DNA of 64,000 bases from Dicyema japonicum (taxonomy: Eukaryota > Animalia > Dicyemida), in the NCBI GenBank assembly GCA_011109175.1, contig RDEW01000055.1, forward strand, positions 201,516 through 265,515. Direction: 5' to 3'. The notes under the pieces were generated by a model, which was not told the origin of the DNA, made no database searches, and saw only the letters and a list, made by a program, of their open reading frames with translations. The position numbers and the translations under genes are program-made. Below, piece by piece: positions 24,047 through 39,600 of the stretch (positions within the stretch are counted from its first letter, which is position 1; every line of letters begins with the position of its first letter).

Positions 24047-25625
24047 AAAGTAAACTTTCTCAAATATGCCACTCTTAAATTTGCCAACATTTAAAAAAAA
24101 TTATTTTTATTTTTTTAAATATTTTTAAAATTTTAAATAATTTAAAGCAAGTAGGAATGTTCTTGTTGGAGACTACACCAGAATTTCAATTGCTGAAAAA
24201 GTGGAAATATTGCGGTATAAAGAAACCAATAAATCAGCTTCATGTCAGACGATATGCAACAGATTTTTTTTATCTTTAAAAAGAGAATCTCAAGAAGGAC
24301 AGTCAATGCAATATTAATGAATGTAGAATCGCTTTTATTTCACTTCAAGAACAGAAATCCTAAACTAAAACTTGTAAAAAATTAAAATAGCCATAGCTTG
24401 ATGAAAATCTAGTAGATTAGATAGATTCAATGGAATCAAAAGGTACACTATTTACTCTAAGATCTAAGGTGCTTTATTGAACGATTTTCTAATATTACAT
24501 AAGGCAGCATTTTTCGCTAAAGAACTTTCGTCAACTAATTTAAAAAATTCTTTTGGAGAAATTAAAAAAAACATGGATTTCGAATGCGTAAATTACACGG
24601 CGACTGAAAATCATCTGGATATTGATGACTTTTTAAAAGAATTTGAAGAAGTTTCAAATAGTTACTTGTCTGAAAATATTTATAATTTGGATGAGACAGA
24701 AAAATTTTATAAATCGATTCCTTCTCTAAGTATTTGCAAATCATTTTCGGCGGAAATAAAAATTTCAAGGATTGAGTTTCAGTCATGCTTTGCGCAATAT
24801 GTCAGGGACACATAAGTTAAAACCACTATTGATCGTGAAACCAAAAATGCCCCGATGTTTCAAGAAATATGATTATAATTCCTTAGTTTCTTGTTACAAT
24901 TCTAAAGGTGCATGGATGATTTTATCATTCTTTACGACTTGGATTACGAATTTTGACAATCTATTGAAAATTGAAAAAAAATCAATTTTGTTATTAATGG
25001 ATAATTGCCCATCCCATTGCCCACCTCTTTATCTGGAAAATATCAAATTTATGTTTATTCCAAAGTACAGTACTTATTCAACCTATGCATCTGGGAATCA
25101 TCAAATCTTTCAAAGTTCATTTTACAAAGCACTTACTAACATAAATGTGACGATGAAATCGAATCCAGAACAGATATTTATAATCCTATTGAATTAGAAG
25201 AATTTATTTCAATTGACTACAGTGAAAAGGGAGGCAATTGATGAAGAGGAGAAATTAATTGCTATTGAGGAACAAGAAGAATCCGGTAGTGTAGAAGTAC
25301 ATGAGTCATTAAATAAGGCTGAAATGCTTTTAAATTAAGAGAGATTGAAAATTATCTTCTAGAAAACATTGAAAATGACGATGATGCAGAATTCATTACT
25401 TCAATAAGAAGATATTAAGAAAATATTAAAATTTCTTATAAGAGGGAATTGGGAATTGATTATTTTAATAAAATTAAATTAATTTTTGTTTCCTTGTTTA
25501 AAAATATTGTTTTCCTTAAAAATAAAATTTATTAATTTAAATAGTTTAATTATCTTTAAAAAAATAAATTAAAACTTCAAATAAAATTTTATTCTGAAAT
25601 CTGCCAATTCTCAAATTTGCCAAAT
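24047..25625 (+). mobile_element. pogo/Tigger DNA transposon, decayed
   Basis: IYNLDET, KLKPLLI..PRCF, NSKGAWM and LLMDNCPSH (DDE_1); repeated subterminal ctcaaatttgcca-like motifs at both ends. Confidence 0.88.
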
Positions 25626-25974
25626 CCTTTGGTAGGACCGCATGGAAATTATGTAGGATTATCAAATAAGAAGGAAGAGTCCAGGATTTATAACGCAGCA
25701 GAACTTTATTCGTAGATCTTGTTTGATTGACGTTTTGTGCGCTAAACGACGAATAAATGTCTTAATTGCCATAGACTTTTATCCATAATTTTGAGTTTTA
25801 TTGAATTATCTGTGTCCATTATCAATTTCATAATCTCCATTTTATCATCTAGGTTGATTCAGATACACGTTCACAGTAACAAGTGTGGATCTCAACAGTT
25901 ATCGACGGAAATTATTTTAATAGATTAGTGGATAGTCAACTACCAAAAATTCCATTTTAAAGTGAAGTGGTGAT

Positions 25975-27560
25975 ATCGTCTGCATGTTCGACAGCCTCCT
26001 CAGGCAAATTCGATTCTGATTGCAGAAATAACTCCGAGAGCGCCTTGTTTAATTAAACCGTCTGCTTATATGGCATCTCCGGGTTCTGCCTTCTATACTC
26101 CAGTATCAAACTCTTTAGGGTCCGCTTTAATACAGTTGATTGTCCTCGAGCTAACTATCTACCCCAACTGTTTAGATAACCCTTGTGGTACTTGTTGCAA
26201 TTCCTTCACACGTCATTACTATTGAAATAATGAGGACCTTGCAATCAAGCATCTTTCTTAACTCGCTGGCTTTTTTTCTCCACTTCCACAATCTGTAAAC
26301 AGTCTTGAGACGTAATGCCAACTTTTATGATAAAGACTTGGCATGACTTATTTTTCATCAATTCGACGTAGCCAGGAATTAAAAACATCTCTTGTCATCC
26401 AAAAATTTCGGATGAGTACATAATCTGAGATTTCAGACTAACAGTGGATTCAATTTTCTCAATCATAATTGCAGCACAAAAGAACAGTAATTTTTTCATT
26501 ACTCTGCTTATATTGGACAATTTTTTCATTAAAGAGTGACACCATTTATATGTCAATCCTACCAACTGTTCAATCCTACCAAAATCTAATGGTGTTTCAA
26601 AAACTGAGGTATTCTCCGAATCGAGGAGGGACTGTATTTTGTAATTCTATCAACTCCTTCACATTTACTAGCCCACCATCTTCAAACCATACTTAGCAGA
26701 CAAAAAAGGTCTGATAGTGCCTAGGTGGGTTGCCCGTGTTTTCTCGGTCGTTATTATGGCGTGCTTCCTAGCAGACACACTTGACCCAGCTATCAGGGTG
26801 TCGTGCATTCGCATTAGGATACGCTCACTTAGTTGGACTATTACACACACTCCACGGCCGAAATTATCACGGGCTAAATATAGTCTTTCCTTTTTGGCAG
26901 CCAGCACATGGACATGGTTTTCTCTGACTACTCCACGGATCACAACATCAATCTCATCATACTCTTTGGGCTCAAACTCCACAACACCAATGTAGTAGTT
27001 TAGTGTACTCATTTAATGCTAGGAACATATTCTTTACATTTAGAGACGCCTTACATAATAACGCTGCTCTTCTACGAATGCCTTCAGTAATTTGTCCCTA
27101 TGTCTCAGGCATTTTAAGGGACTTTGGAGTTTCGGTAACACCCAGATACCTACATCCTTCGTGTTCCTCTAGGACTTTTACTAACTCGCTACATACTTGC
27201 GTGTTAGTCGCAGACTTTGAATAATTCAAATCTAGTCCTATAATCTCAAAGAATTCCTGGCGCAGAACCCCATGGAGTAGAGCTCTTAAGCTGTTTGAGC
27301 ACACATCTTCAGGTCATCGATAAAAAGATGGTGATTTATACTAAAACACCCTCACAATGAACTGGTATTTGCTAGACCATTCATTGAGGCGGCGATTCAA
27401 TGGCTCCAAACAGAGAACATAAACCACTGGAGAGATGAAGGGTCCCCCTCTTAAGTTATAACTCGCCTATTTGGTGCTTATTGTAGTTCAGATGAATACT
27501 CCGCCTATTCATCACAGCCACTACAAAGCTGATGAACCACACAAGCATACACGAAGGGTA
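25975..27560 (-). mobile_element. R4/Dong-like element fragments
   Basis: 25975-26350 is a reverse-complement homolog of 21690-22075; 26660-27560 has HLFIDDLK, RYLGVTE and KERLYLARDNFGRG. Confidence 0.82.
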
Positions 27561-27690
27561 CTTATTCGACAATGTAAGAATGAAGGATTTTGTATTTAAT
27601 AAAGTTAAAATTTATTTTTTAAATAAAATATTTTTAAATTCAAATTTTATTTCTATAGTAACTAATAAATTTATTTAAACCGATTTTCAA

Positions 27691-30600
27691 ATGCTGCAGA
27701 TCGAAAATGAAAAATTGGTGACTCACCCGACAAGAAGCTTTACCCCGAAAAATCCCAAAATACAAAAACCGACTGAGCACAAAAAAGTAAATTCACAAAA
27801 AACAAATTTAGCTTTCACCTTCATTATACATGAAAATCAACATGATGAATACAGAGGAGAGACTGAATGCCACGAAAACCATGTACTACCCCAAGATTAT
27901 AGAATTGTTGGACATGTCTGAGACTTCATGGCAACGAGTAAATCAGATTATATATTTTAGTTCTCGTCAGTTCCTATCGGAGTCCCTCTGCTGCAGCCTT
28001 TTCCGTCAGAGATATTTTTTCAGCGTTATCAGCCCAACGAGACATATAAATTTCCGTTGACTCTGAGGAACAACGATAAAGTAATTGAAATCTATATTTA
28101 GGTACCCCGACTGATCAAAATAACACAATTTGATAGTCCCTACTTTAAGATAATCAGTCCTAATGACGCCAACCACAAGGTTGGTCCCGGACTTCCGATT
28201 ACTTTCAAAATTCTCTTTACGCCGGAAGAGAACAAAGTACGGTAAATCAAAATTCTAGGATTATGTCCACGAACTGATTTGTATTACTGAGCGGGAAAAG
28301 TTTGTGATCCCTGTTCGAGGGATTGGAGCCAGACCAATCTTGGACTTCCCCGATCAAATAGAATTCAAGGACTCCCTCGTCAACTACGTCACCAAAAAGG
28401 AGATTTTTGTCAAAAATATTGGGGACAACGAAGCTCAGTTCTCCCTTTCAACGAAAAGGTTTATTTAAAAATTATTCCAGTCCTTTTACGGTCTCCCCGA
28501 CTACTGGAACTGTTCCCTTGGGGGGAAACATCCAGATCACGATAGCCTTCAATCCCTCAAAGTGCCAAAACTACAACGAAGACCTGATTCTGAATTATGG
28601 GACAGGTTCGATGACCAAGTGTTAACATTTAGGAGAGGAACTGTACATTCACTTGACGGGAAACGCACAAAACGGGGACATTTCTTCAAGGAAACCTCAA
28701 TCTACATCGACAAAACCTTTATCACTCTGACAAATGAATATTCTCTCAAGATTGTGAACAATACGAATGTAATCGCCCATTTCTACTGGAGTCCCTACGA
28801 ATCAGCCCTGCAGGAGGAAATCGTCAAGGCAAAGTACATTTGAGTTTCAACCAAGTCTCTGTGATACCATTTCTGACAAGGAGTTTGCTGATTATGAGAA
28901 TCTGAGAGGGGAACTCGAAACAAATCTGATTCAGGAGGAACTGACTCTCTTCAAAAAGAGGAATTCTAATCGAAGAAAAGTTTGCTTAATATTAATTTCA
29001 GTCCATCATTGAGCAGAAACTGCTGTTTGAAGACAAAAATTATCAGCTATTTCCCGTAGAAGGGGACGTTTGGCCTTACTCTGAGACGGAAGTCATCCTA
29101 ACGTTTTACCCCGACGAAGCGATAAAATACAGAAAAATCATATTCTGTTGCATAGAAGGACTCGAAAACAGAATTCCTATCCAAGTCATGGGTGTTGGAG
29201 TTGGTCCCAAGATTTTTCTGTCCTTTGATTCTTTGGATATCGGCAATGTTTTCATCAACTCCAAACATTCCTTCGAGGTTTGTAGAATATTATAACCTGG
29301 GATAGATTGTGTTGGCGAATCGCACAGACATTCCTGCCAAGTTTTCAATATTACCCCCCGCGAATGAGACTGGGAAGAAATTCGTCCTAACTCCTGATTC
29401 AGGGGAGGTCGCGGAGGACAGCTACCAAGCCGTTCAAATATTATTTTCCGCGGAAAGAATAATGAAATTTTCCGATCGTTTTCAAGTCAAAATTCACGGC
29501 GTCCATGAAAGTCTTCACTTTGAAATCACGTGGAGTTATTTTACAATTTAGTGGTTCTGTGATTGGGCCAACGTTTCGGTTTGACAAAAAATCCCTAAAC
29601 TTTGGAAACGTGGCTTTCGGGTTCCCTTCGACCATGGAGTGTACTCTCATTAACACCGCTCTGATTCCAATGAACTTTCAACTGTTTGTCAAAAATAACG
29701 GAATCACCGACCCAATCAAAGCAGAGAGTGACGATTCATTCCAACAAATCCATAAATTAGCGGATATTCCCCGTGAAGAACGACAAATTCGCGAATTTTC
29801 CGTATTTCCTGATCACGGCCAACTGGCCCCTAAAGAAAAATGCAAAATAAAGGTTTGACTTCCAAGATGACTTCAGATCGAAATACTCCCAAATCAGCTG
29901 TGCTACTATGAAAACTTTATTGTGATGAACGTCAAGGAGATTGGGGAAAACATATTTGAACTCCCAATTTTCGCAGAGTTTTGATTTCTCTGACATTTAG
30001 CTGCTCCGAGCCAAACATCTCCCTGTTGGGGGAGGAAATTCACTTTGGAAGATGTTTCCTTCGCTACAGTAGTTTTGGAGCCTTTGAAATAATGAACAAT
30101 TCAAATTTCCCGGCTGCGTATCGACTGAGGGATCAAATTATTGACGAAAATACTAAAATATTGTACAAAAGCTCAAATCCACGTGGCACTATCATGCCGA
30201 ATTCTACAATGGTCGTAACACTGGAGATTTACCCTCAAGAAATCGGATATCTGGAAAATGAGATCTTTTTTGATTTTTTGGAATGTCCAGTCCAAACATT
30301 GGTATTTTATAGGTAAAGATTGCAGAAAGCGAGGATTCTGTGCTTCTGTGAGGGGCCGGTTGTCCACGTGAGTCCCCCTTTATAAGTTTTGGGAATATTA
30401 GAGTCCTCAAGGAAACATCAAAGTCACTGTTTCTTTCCAATCAATCCCCAATCCCTGCAATCTTCACAATTGCTTATGTTTACTCAAATCCATAATATTT
30501 AGCGGAGGAAAGGCGGTCAGTTCTCAAGTTCCATCACATCCGGATAGTTCAGCCTGAGGAAAAGGTAGAAGTCAAAATCATCGCTTTTCTGCGGGACACT

Positions 30601-33600
30601 CTACTGTAGAGACTGAATATCTGATTTTTAGCTATAAGGATAAAATCTACGTTTATATAGAGAACACGGACCCGAAAACCGTGATTTTGTCCGCTCATGG
30701 ATATGGAACTACAATCTCCGTAGATCCCCCATTTTGTCCGTCCATGTTTCTAGGAAATCATTTTAGGTAGCATTTTAACTTACCGTCAGTACGAAACCAT
30801 TCAAGAATGTTTACAAACTTAAGAATGAAGGCAAACGGCAGCAGCATTTGGTTTGGAATTGCGTTCCAATGAGTTCCGTGACCAATAAAAACGGAAAAAT
30901 TCATCTTACACACGAGGTTTGAATTTCGGGGGATATTTAGATTGCGACTAAAAAGTTCAAGACTACCTTTACTTTGAACCCAAACAGGATGGATCTCAAC
31001 GTGGGGGACGAATGTCTTCTCTACCTCGAGGCCAAGTGCCAAAAGTAGGATATCAACTAATTCCAGTCCCCAAAAAATATCAGAACTCATAGTTTGTGAC
31101 GCCATAATAGGTCAGCACGGGGGGAAAGACACTATCATAAGTTCTGAGATAACCTGCAATTTTATCGAACCCAACGTTGAGCTTGAAAATTCTGAATTAA
31201 CTTTTGTATTTGAAAAAGTATGAATTTTGTGAAATTTCTAGAATATAACAAACGAGTTGCACGTTCAAAACAGATCATTCGGGATTCGGAATGTCTGTCC
31301 TCTAAAACTCGAGACAATTTTGTCCACAGAATATCCTTTCAGTTTGGCTTACAATTCCTCCACTTTTTGTCAGGAAATGGTAAATAATCACCAAATGTTA
31401 GACATTGATAATCGACCCGGACGTAGAGGAAACAATCCTCGTCCAATTTGACCCCGCCTTTGAGGATGACTTGATAAACCGTCAAGTCGTGAGAATCTGG
31501 TGATAAAATACGTCGATCACGTAAAAATTGTATGTTCAACATTTGACTGGTAGGATCGCATAACCTTGAAGGGACAGGTTTTCTTCCCGAATTTGACCTT
31601 CGACTCTAAGTTCATTAATTTTGGGAATATCATCAACAATAAGCAATCCATAAAGTACCTCAGAATGTACAACTCTTCTACAATTTCCTCTTCATATTCT
31701 TGGAATTTTGTGCGAAATACCCTCAAAACTGAGATTATCATCCCAGTAATTATATTTGCTAATTTTAGAACGAATTTCCGCCTGACTCGGAAAATCCCCC
31801 AATCGAACAAGTAAATGTCCTTAGTAAATTAGATCTTTGATATTTTACCTTCTAGTGGAGTCGTGAATCCACAGGAATCAGAAATCATCACTTTCACATA
31901 TTTCGGAAACGAAAACAGGGCTTTCACCGGCAAAGCCTGTTGCTACATTCAGGGGGGACCAATTTATGAATTCGATCTCCGAGCTGTTTCCTCAGAAATA
32001 AGTTACCACTTTGAGGAAGAGGAAATTAATCTCGGAAAAATAGTAAGCGTATTTACAAAGTTTAGTTGTTTGATCGGACCTGTCTGTCCCAAATTGTTGT
32101 ATACAATGACTGTGTCGTACCATTAAAGTACAGCATCATACAAGACTCTGAAAACAAGTTACTACAGCCCTCCGTGGAAGTTCAGACCGTTCCTAACATT
32201 TAAATTTAAACTTAGGACACCATTGAAGGGAATAGTCACATGTCCATTCAAGTGGAAATATTACCGTTGATTCTGGGGGACTTTGAAAGATACATAAAAA
32301 TACAAGTTTATGTGGGGTTAAATTCAGATCGCTCATTTCGAGCCAAGGGTCATCAAATTCCGTGGATACGGAGTCTGTCCTTCAGTCGACATTGATCTGT
32401 TAATGGAGTCTGAGATGGTGCTTTCAGTCTTAACTGATTTAGTCCGCTGAATTTATTGCTTCCAATATGAATGACAAATTGAGTGAGTTTGTAGAATCCA
32501 ACAAGTCTTTGAACTGTGCCACGTTTGACGAAAAAAGTCATGTGCAGTTTTTGTGTAAAAGGTTGGATGCAAAGTTAATAGCAGATTATTCGAGAAAGAA
32601 GCCCCAATTGACTTTGGCAATGTGATTCCTGGAATTCCTAAAGAAATCATTTTTTCTGTTCGAAATACTTGCGAAATACCGATTTCTTTCAAAATGAAGA
32701 AAAAATGCTTAAAGAAGTTGGGGTTCAAAATAATCTACAATGAAATGGAAGCGGGTTACCTCCCAGTAGGAGGTCGACAAACGGTAGGAATTTCACTCAA
32801 AGCTCCTCAAATTGAAAAGGAGTCTCTCTCCCTATTTTCACAGCAACAAATTCTTGTATTTTTGATGTCTCCAATATTAGATTGATAATGGACCTTCTGT
32901 TACTCTGAACCTAATGGCGACAGTCACAAAACCTTATCTGACTTTCACAAGTGACGTCGTCGAGTTTGACTCAGTTCAGACCAGCTTTTCAAAAGTCATT
33001 TTCGTCAGATTGAACAATCCTCACCCGGTGGACGTCCACTGGAGTATAAAATACCCCCTAAAGAAAAAGAAGGTACTAGAACTTCTAAATTTAGCAAATC
33101 GATAAGTTTTTGCCTTTGCATTTGAAAGTTTCAAAGAACAAAGAAAATGACCATCGACGAATTTTCGATTTTAAGGAAATCAACGGGACCGTTTTCTCTG
33201 GTGAGTTCACTGATCTTCCCATTGCTTTCTCCCCCAGAGAAGAGGTACTCTTGAGAATAACATAAAGATGTTTTACGATGAAACTATCACTTTCAATATT
33301 GTCGGAAATCAGGAAAGTACGTGTTTGCAATGTACGGGATATGGACATGAGCCAAAACTACAGTTCGACTTGAACTTTTTGGAATTCGGTCCTTGCTTGC
33401 CTCATTCCCCCGTGTTATCAAAGGAAGTCAAAATTTCAAACCCATGTGACTTTGACATAGAATTTTACAGTCTAAATTTTGACAAAAAATATGTCTCAGA
33501 GGACCAGGTTGATCCTCTAACTAAGTGTTAAGATTTTGAAGAACATAACTTCTTATGATGAATTCAAGTGTATAATGAGCCCAGCTCGTTACCCGAGGAC

Positions 33601-36600
33601 AGATCTCCCGAAATATCTAACTGAAACGGTTTCGAGTTCTTCTCCGACGAAAATCGACCATAATGAGGATTTTAGGAATGGTTGGATTGCTAAAATATGT
33701 GTTTAGACTCGGAAAACCAGCCTGATTTGTCCGATATTCCAATTTCGGAAAGGAACAAAGAGGATGAAGAAAATTTTATCGCTTTTCTGATCTTAGAATC
33801 TCCTGAATTTGGTATATGCTGTGATTTAACCAGATAAATCCAAAATTGTTGAGAAACTGACGGAGGAATATAAAATAAAGCATTTGGTCATCGATGAAGT
33901 CATTACGGGGGAAATCTCATCCGAGAGAATCACTGAGTCGAATGAATTATGCAGAAAGTTGTGCCGGGAAGCGTGTGCAAAGAGGGAGGAAGGTCTGTTG
34001 GACGTTATTGAGCGGACTTCTGAAGTATTTTTGGACACTCCAACTCCGTGTATGCTGAAAATATTATTTATAAGCCAAACTGGGGGTTTCGAAGACTAAG
34101 ACAAAGGATAAAAACAAAAGTATGGTCAATGAGGGGGTTAGAGTGAGTGGAATTAGCTTAGATATTCCAATGTGGACTGTTGAAGCCGGTGGAGATAAAA
34201 CCCGACATGATTTCGTGTTCACTACCGGAGGATATTGTGGTAGAACTTATATCCAAGAGAATACAGGTAATTAGCATTGTTATTATCGACAGTCTGAATG
34301 CATGAATGGGGTCGTAATTAGTGGATTTGAATCTGTGTATACTTCCTCCTATGTCAGTTCGCTAACATGTGCTCTCAAATCTCTGGGGAATCAGAAACAC
34401 ATTTACTCAATCTTCATAAAATCAAAGCTTTCAACGTACATTGAAAATAAGCGAAAACAGGAAGAGGAGATTGGTTGTTAGATTTTTGTAAAATTAGCCA
34501 AAATGATGGAACTGAAGGAACTCCACGAGAGACAGTTGATTGAGGAAATGAGTGAGAGTGAGTATGAAAACCTCAGTCAAGTGGAAAAGGAGGCAGTAAA
34601 CATGAAATTATTGGAAATTAAGCGAGAAAGAATTGAAAAGTGCTTTATTACCTAATTGTGAGGTCCGATAAGGAAAAACAAGAAAAACTGCTGAAAGAAC
34701 AAATAGAGAAGGAAAATAGTACCAAGAAAACTGAAGAAAGGTGATCCGTTTGCTAATTTCAGAAGGAGGGACCGTGGAAAGAACAAAAGCGCTAGCGGAG
34801 TGAAGTCAGATAAACTAAAGACTTTGAAGTCTAAAGACGATGTCCCTGAACTGTCCGAGTCTGAGAAGTATTCGAGTCATTTAATTCCAAAGAAAAAAAC
34901 TTAAGAAAATAAACGAATCTGAGAAAAAGGAGAAGGGGGAGTCAATTCGGATGCGGAAGACACTCTTTCGTTGCATGAGATGTCTGTTAGTATGAGGTAC
35001 CCCGCTATTTTTACAAAGATATAAAATCTACGATGGAGTCATTTCTCAACTAAAAGACTACCTCACATGCTGGAATCGACAGAACCTATCTATTAGTAGT
35101 TTCACCAATGAAAATGAGGATGACTTAAAGTCTAAGCAAAAAGGAGCACGTGGTTCACTGGAATTTATTACTCAAAGAGCCGAAAAAGCAAAAATCCGAC
35201 GTCATGGATGAGAAAAACAAGGCCAAAAAAGACACTGGCATTCTTTTCACGGCAATAGAACCGGACGGAATGGAAGAGGACGAAGTCATAGAAAGCATTC
35301 TGTCCTGTGACATCTTTCCCTCGTATGAAATGGTAGAGTTTAAACTTGCATGACAGATTTGCAACATTTTCGAACGAAAGGAATCATTAAAGCCCTTGCA
35401 GTCTCAGTTATTTTCCATCATTAAATATCCGACTGAGCAAAAGAACTTGACATGTTCGGAAAATTTTTCGATATTATCCGTGAGACCCGAAGATACTGAA
35501 GTGTTTGTGCTTATTTGTAAAAGTATAACAGAAGCCCTGTCGAAGAGTTGGAGACTACTTCGGTTCCTAAGGCAAGCGTTTCCGATAAAATGTTGAATGT
35601 ATCTCCCCCAAAGTCGAAAAAGACAAAAAACCGTATTTTTGATTCAGTAATGTTAAGAGAGGCGTAAAAACTCTGAAAAGAAGGATAGGAACCTGTCGCT
35701 TTCTACTTTTCAAAACGAAGCTGAACCGTAAAAGATATATTAAATTTAGACCATTGTCTGATCAGGAAGTGTTGGAGGTCAAACCAAAGTATATTTATTT
35801 ATGTATGTTCAGGGAGAAATACTATCGGTGGGTGATCCCCGCCAACCAAGACATAACCATGAATGTCGGCTTCATGTCTGATCTCGTCGGAAACTTTGAT
35901 CAAACACTGAGTTTTGAAATTTTGGGTTCACGAAGACTGATCCAACTATTTTGCCGAGGGATTTGTTGTATTCCTGCAGTTTGTACAGATCCAAAGTATG
36001 TGGTCGATTCACGAATTTAGGTTCATATTTAATTCCTTCAAAAAGAGAATCAAGGATAATGAGATTTTTAACAACAAATTCATCCTGGAGACCAACACAT
36101 ACCACTTTGGTCCCCTACTAGTAGGAAAATCCCGGGAAAAATACCGAGAATACATTTATGTGGAGAATAGTGAAAAACTATCCATAAAGAATATATCCTA
36201 TATGAACATTGAAATAGAATTCTCATTCTTGAACGACGAAAACGCCAGCATATTCTTGTTTGATCCACCCAAAATGAGTCTTGAACCCAACGAAACCAAG
36301 GTTCATGCTCACTAATGCTTAGATCTTGTCCATTTGGGCGTATCCCACTAAAGCGGAACTTTTTGAGGACACTCTAATTTGTTCCATTAAAAACAACCCG
36401 ATTCCTCTCACTTTCGATGTCAGCTGCAGTGGCGTCAAACCAGAGCTGAAGTTCAGCACAAAAATACTTCAATTTGACAAAGTCCTGCTGCATCGGTATT
36501 TATTTGTCGTCATTTTTAGGAAGGAGTCGAAAACTATTAACATTTATAACCCCACACAGCTCCCCGTTGGGTGGAGACTTGCGGGGATGGAAAACCTCGG

Positions 36601-39600
36601 GGATGATTTCTCAGTTTTGAAAAATACAGGGATTGTCATGCCATATGAGGAGTTCTCCCTCCCCTTCTTCTTCCGTACTACCAAGCCTGTGATTATCACA
36701 AAGAAATACATAAGATTTGAGGTTACATCCAATCTCAATTCTGACAGATCTTTGATGCCTCCAATATAGTAGGAATCGTGGACAGTGAGATCATAAACGT
36801 GGCTGTGGAAGCATACGACATTGCACTGGATATAACCTTCCCCAAAGGTGTTTATTTTAGATCATTAAAGGGGTTGATGGGGGTTTGGACTTTGGGGTCT
36901 TCCACGTGGGGAAGAGGTTAAACAAAATATAACACTAAAGAACAAGGGAAAGTACGAAATTGCTTACAAGTAATAAGTAATGTGAATATTAGTTTCATGT
37001 TTTATGACGATGATAAGTCAAATTGCTACAAAAAGTATTTCATACTCCCAAGTCTAACACTCTCGGAACGGGGAGAGGCCCAACCAAATCCAATTCTATC
37101 TCTAAGCTAATGAAGAAATTGACATAAAAAATCTCCCAATTTTGAAGTTCCAAGTAATCGACATGAATGTTTTCAATAAACTTAACGTAATCGCCAATAT
37201 TCCTGTCAGAGTGTCCGCCAAAAGCGTATACAGCAGGCACGCTTCTGACTAACTCTAAGATTCCAAATCGTCCCATCCAATGAAATAAACTTTGGACATC
37301 TTTCGACTTACAGCAAAAAGTCGAGAACGCTTACCATCGAAAACACAGGAAATTACGAATTTAAATATTATTTTATCAAGTCAAGCGACAAAAAACAGTA
37401 AGACATTATTAATTCTAGAAAAAGCGATCTTGCTCAGCCGAATCTAATCCAGACTAGAATCTCAATAAACTGTTTCACAATTTCCCCCGCCTGTGGTCTC
37501 GTGATGCCTGGGAACATCCAAATCGTCAACATTGACTGTGTAACGGAACATCCATCAGTCTGTATCGAGGTATCTCCATATATGACCTCAAAGAACTTTT
37601 ACATTGAAATATCCGACCGAGACACGACAAAGTATCCAAAGGGGATCCCTCTAAAGTTGATGACCGAAACAGTCCATCCGGAAATATGCACAGACATCGA
37701 TTCCATATTCGAGGAGCACTTTATAGTAGAAAAACTTCAAAAACATGATTTGAATCAGGTAACTCTGATTCATACAATTTCAGCTAAACTACAACGGCAT
37801 TTTCATTAAAGACGAACAGAAACTGCTCTTCCCTCATGTTTCCGTGGGCAAGCACGTGCAGTGTCGTATTAAGCTACGGAATATATGCCAGGTTATAAAG
37901 ATCTGCTTATTCACAGATTTCAGTCGATATAATTGTCGTGTTAAAATCACAAGGAAAAAAACAGTCAGAGTGTTTCAGTCTGGAGGTCTCCAAGTTTCAG
38001 ATCCCCATAAATGATTATGTTATGGCTCCCATAAAATTTATTCCGACTAGTCTTCAGGTGAGGGTCGTTTGGGACTATTAGATGTACAATACCACACTGG
38101 AATGCTATATTGATAATAACCCGGGAAATCCAAAATCTACAAAAACTCTAATTTTCTCATATTTACTTGAGGGAGAGGGTATCTTCCCCTCAGTCCAAAT
38201 AATTGAGCCTAAACTCAAAAACGTGAAAGGTTATTGCTTTTCAAACTTCAGGACAACCGTTGATTCTGTTTGAGAGAACTCGAATAAATAAAAAGATCGT
38301 AAAATCTCTGGAAATCCTAAATAGTGGAGTCTGGCCAAGTGTCGTCTCCATCAACCTCAAGGATTCTAATGGGTCTTTAAAATGGGCAATTCTGATGATC
38401 CAAACAACTATGATATTTTCGGTATTGAAATGTAAAGATTGTAGACTTTGAAAAGAGCGCAATGACAAGGAGACTCAACGCGAATGAACGCTTCACTGGT
38501 GACATAACAATTGAGACCTCTGTCCCCAACAGCTACAAAGCCCAAATATTAATTACCGTTGACGGGAACGAATATGAGAAACCGTCATCCCTGTTCAGGC
38601 GAGATTCACGATGACCCAGTAATTCTGGAAGGTCTGCAACTCTCCAAGTCGTTAACCACTAAGACTGAAAGTTCCTCATCCGACGAATTCCAAAGTTTAT
38701 TTCAGATTTAGTCAAGTCGCTACATTGAATCAAATTTATCTCCCCGACGTTGTAGTCGGAAATAAAACATCCGCACAGTTTTCCCTAGTGAACTGCACTG
38801 AGAACAGCTGTTATAGATTCACGTGGATTGAAATCCAGAATTTAAAAATACATCCAAAGGTTTGTTCTGCTAAACACCCCAGATTGGCCATTTACATGCA
38901 GGTACCACAAAAAACATGACTGTGACTTTCAAAACGTCAAAACCCGTTCAGCTCTCAGAACAGATAATTTGCTGCAAATTGCAAAAGATTACATTCAGTG
39001 ATAAAATATCAAACGTAATCGACTGGGACGATCAGCTCAAGGTTGCCAAGTGGGACAAAATTCCTCAATATAACGAAGACAGGTATTTTCCTTAAATATT
39101 CAGAAGCGAAATAATTTCATATAAAAACTCAAAAATTTACGAAAATGTCCCCGAAATAGAATTCACGGAAGTCAACGAAGCTGTGAGTCCTCTCGAATTG
39201 AAAGTTTCCACCAAATCTGATACTATTCGCTATTCCGTCGACGTCACAAAACTGACGTTCTCAGACATTCCTGTCCTTGAGTCTGACACGAAAGAGTTCA
39301 GTTACCTCTAATTTTAGAATATGTCTAATAAACGAGAGCACAATTGGATTAGAGTACTTTTGGGAGATTGAAGAGATCTCTGATAGTGACTCCAATAGGC
39401 ATAGAGTTTCCTGATTTCCTAGTGATATGTGTGTGGAATACAAGCCATTCAGTATTCATCCTCAAAGTGGCTCCGTTCAGCAGGGAAAAGGACAAACTTT
39501 TACTGTTAAATTTACTCCACTGGAAGTGAAGAAATTTGAAATTAAAATGCAATGCAGGTACCTCCACCTTTATATCAGAATATCTGACGTTTCTGACAAA

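Noticed and set aside
34137-34161. 19-nt intron as the shortest in the gene
   Set aside because: A 25-nt intron or a downstream homopolymer indel explains the frame equally well, so it was not counted as certain.
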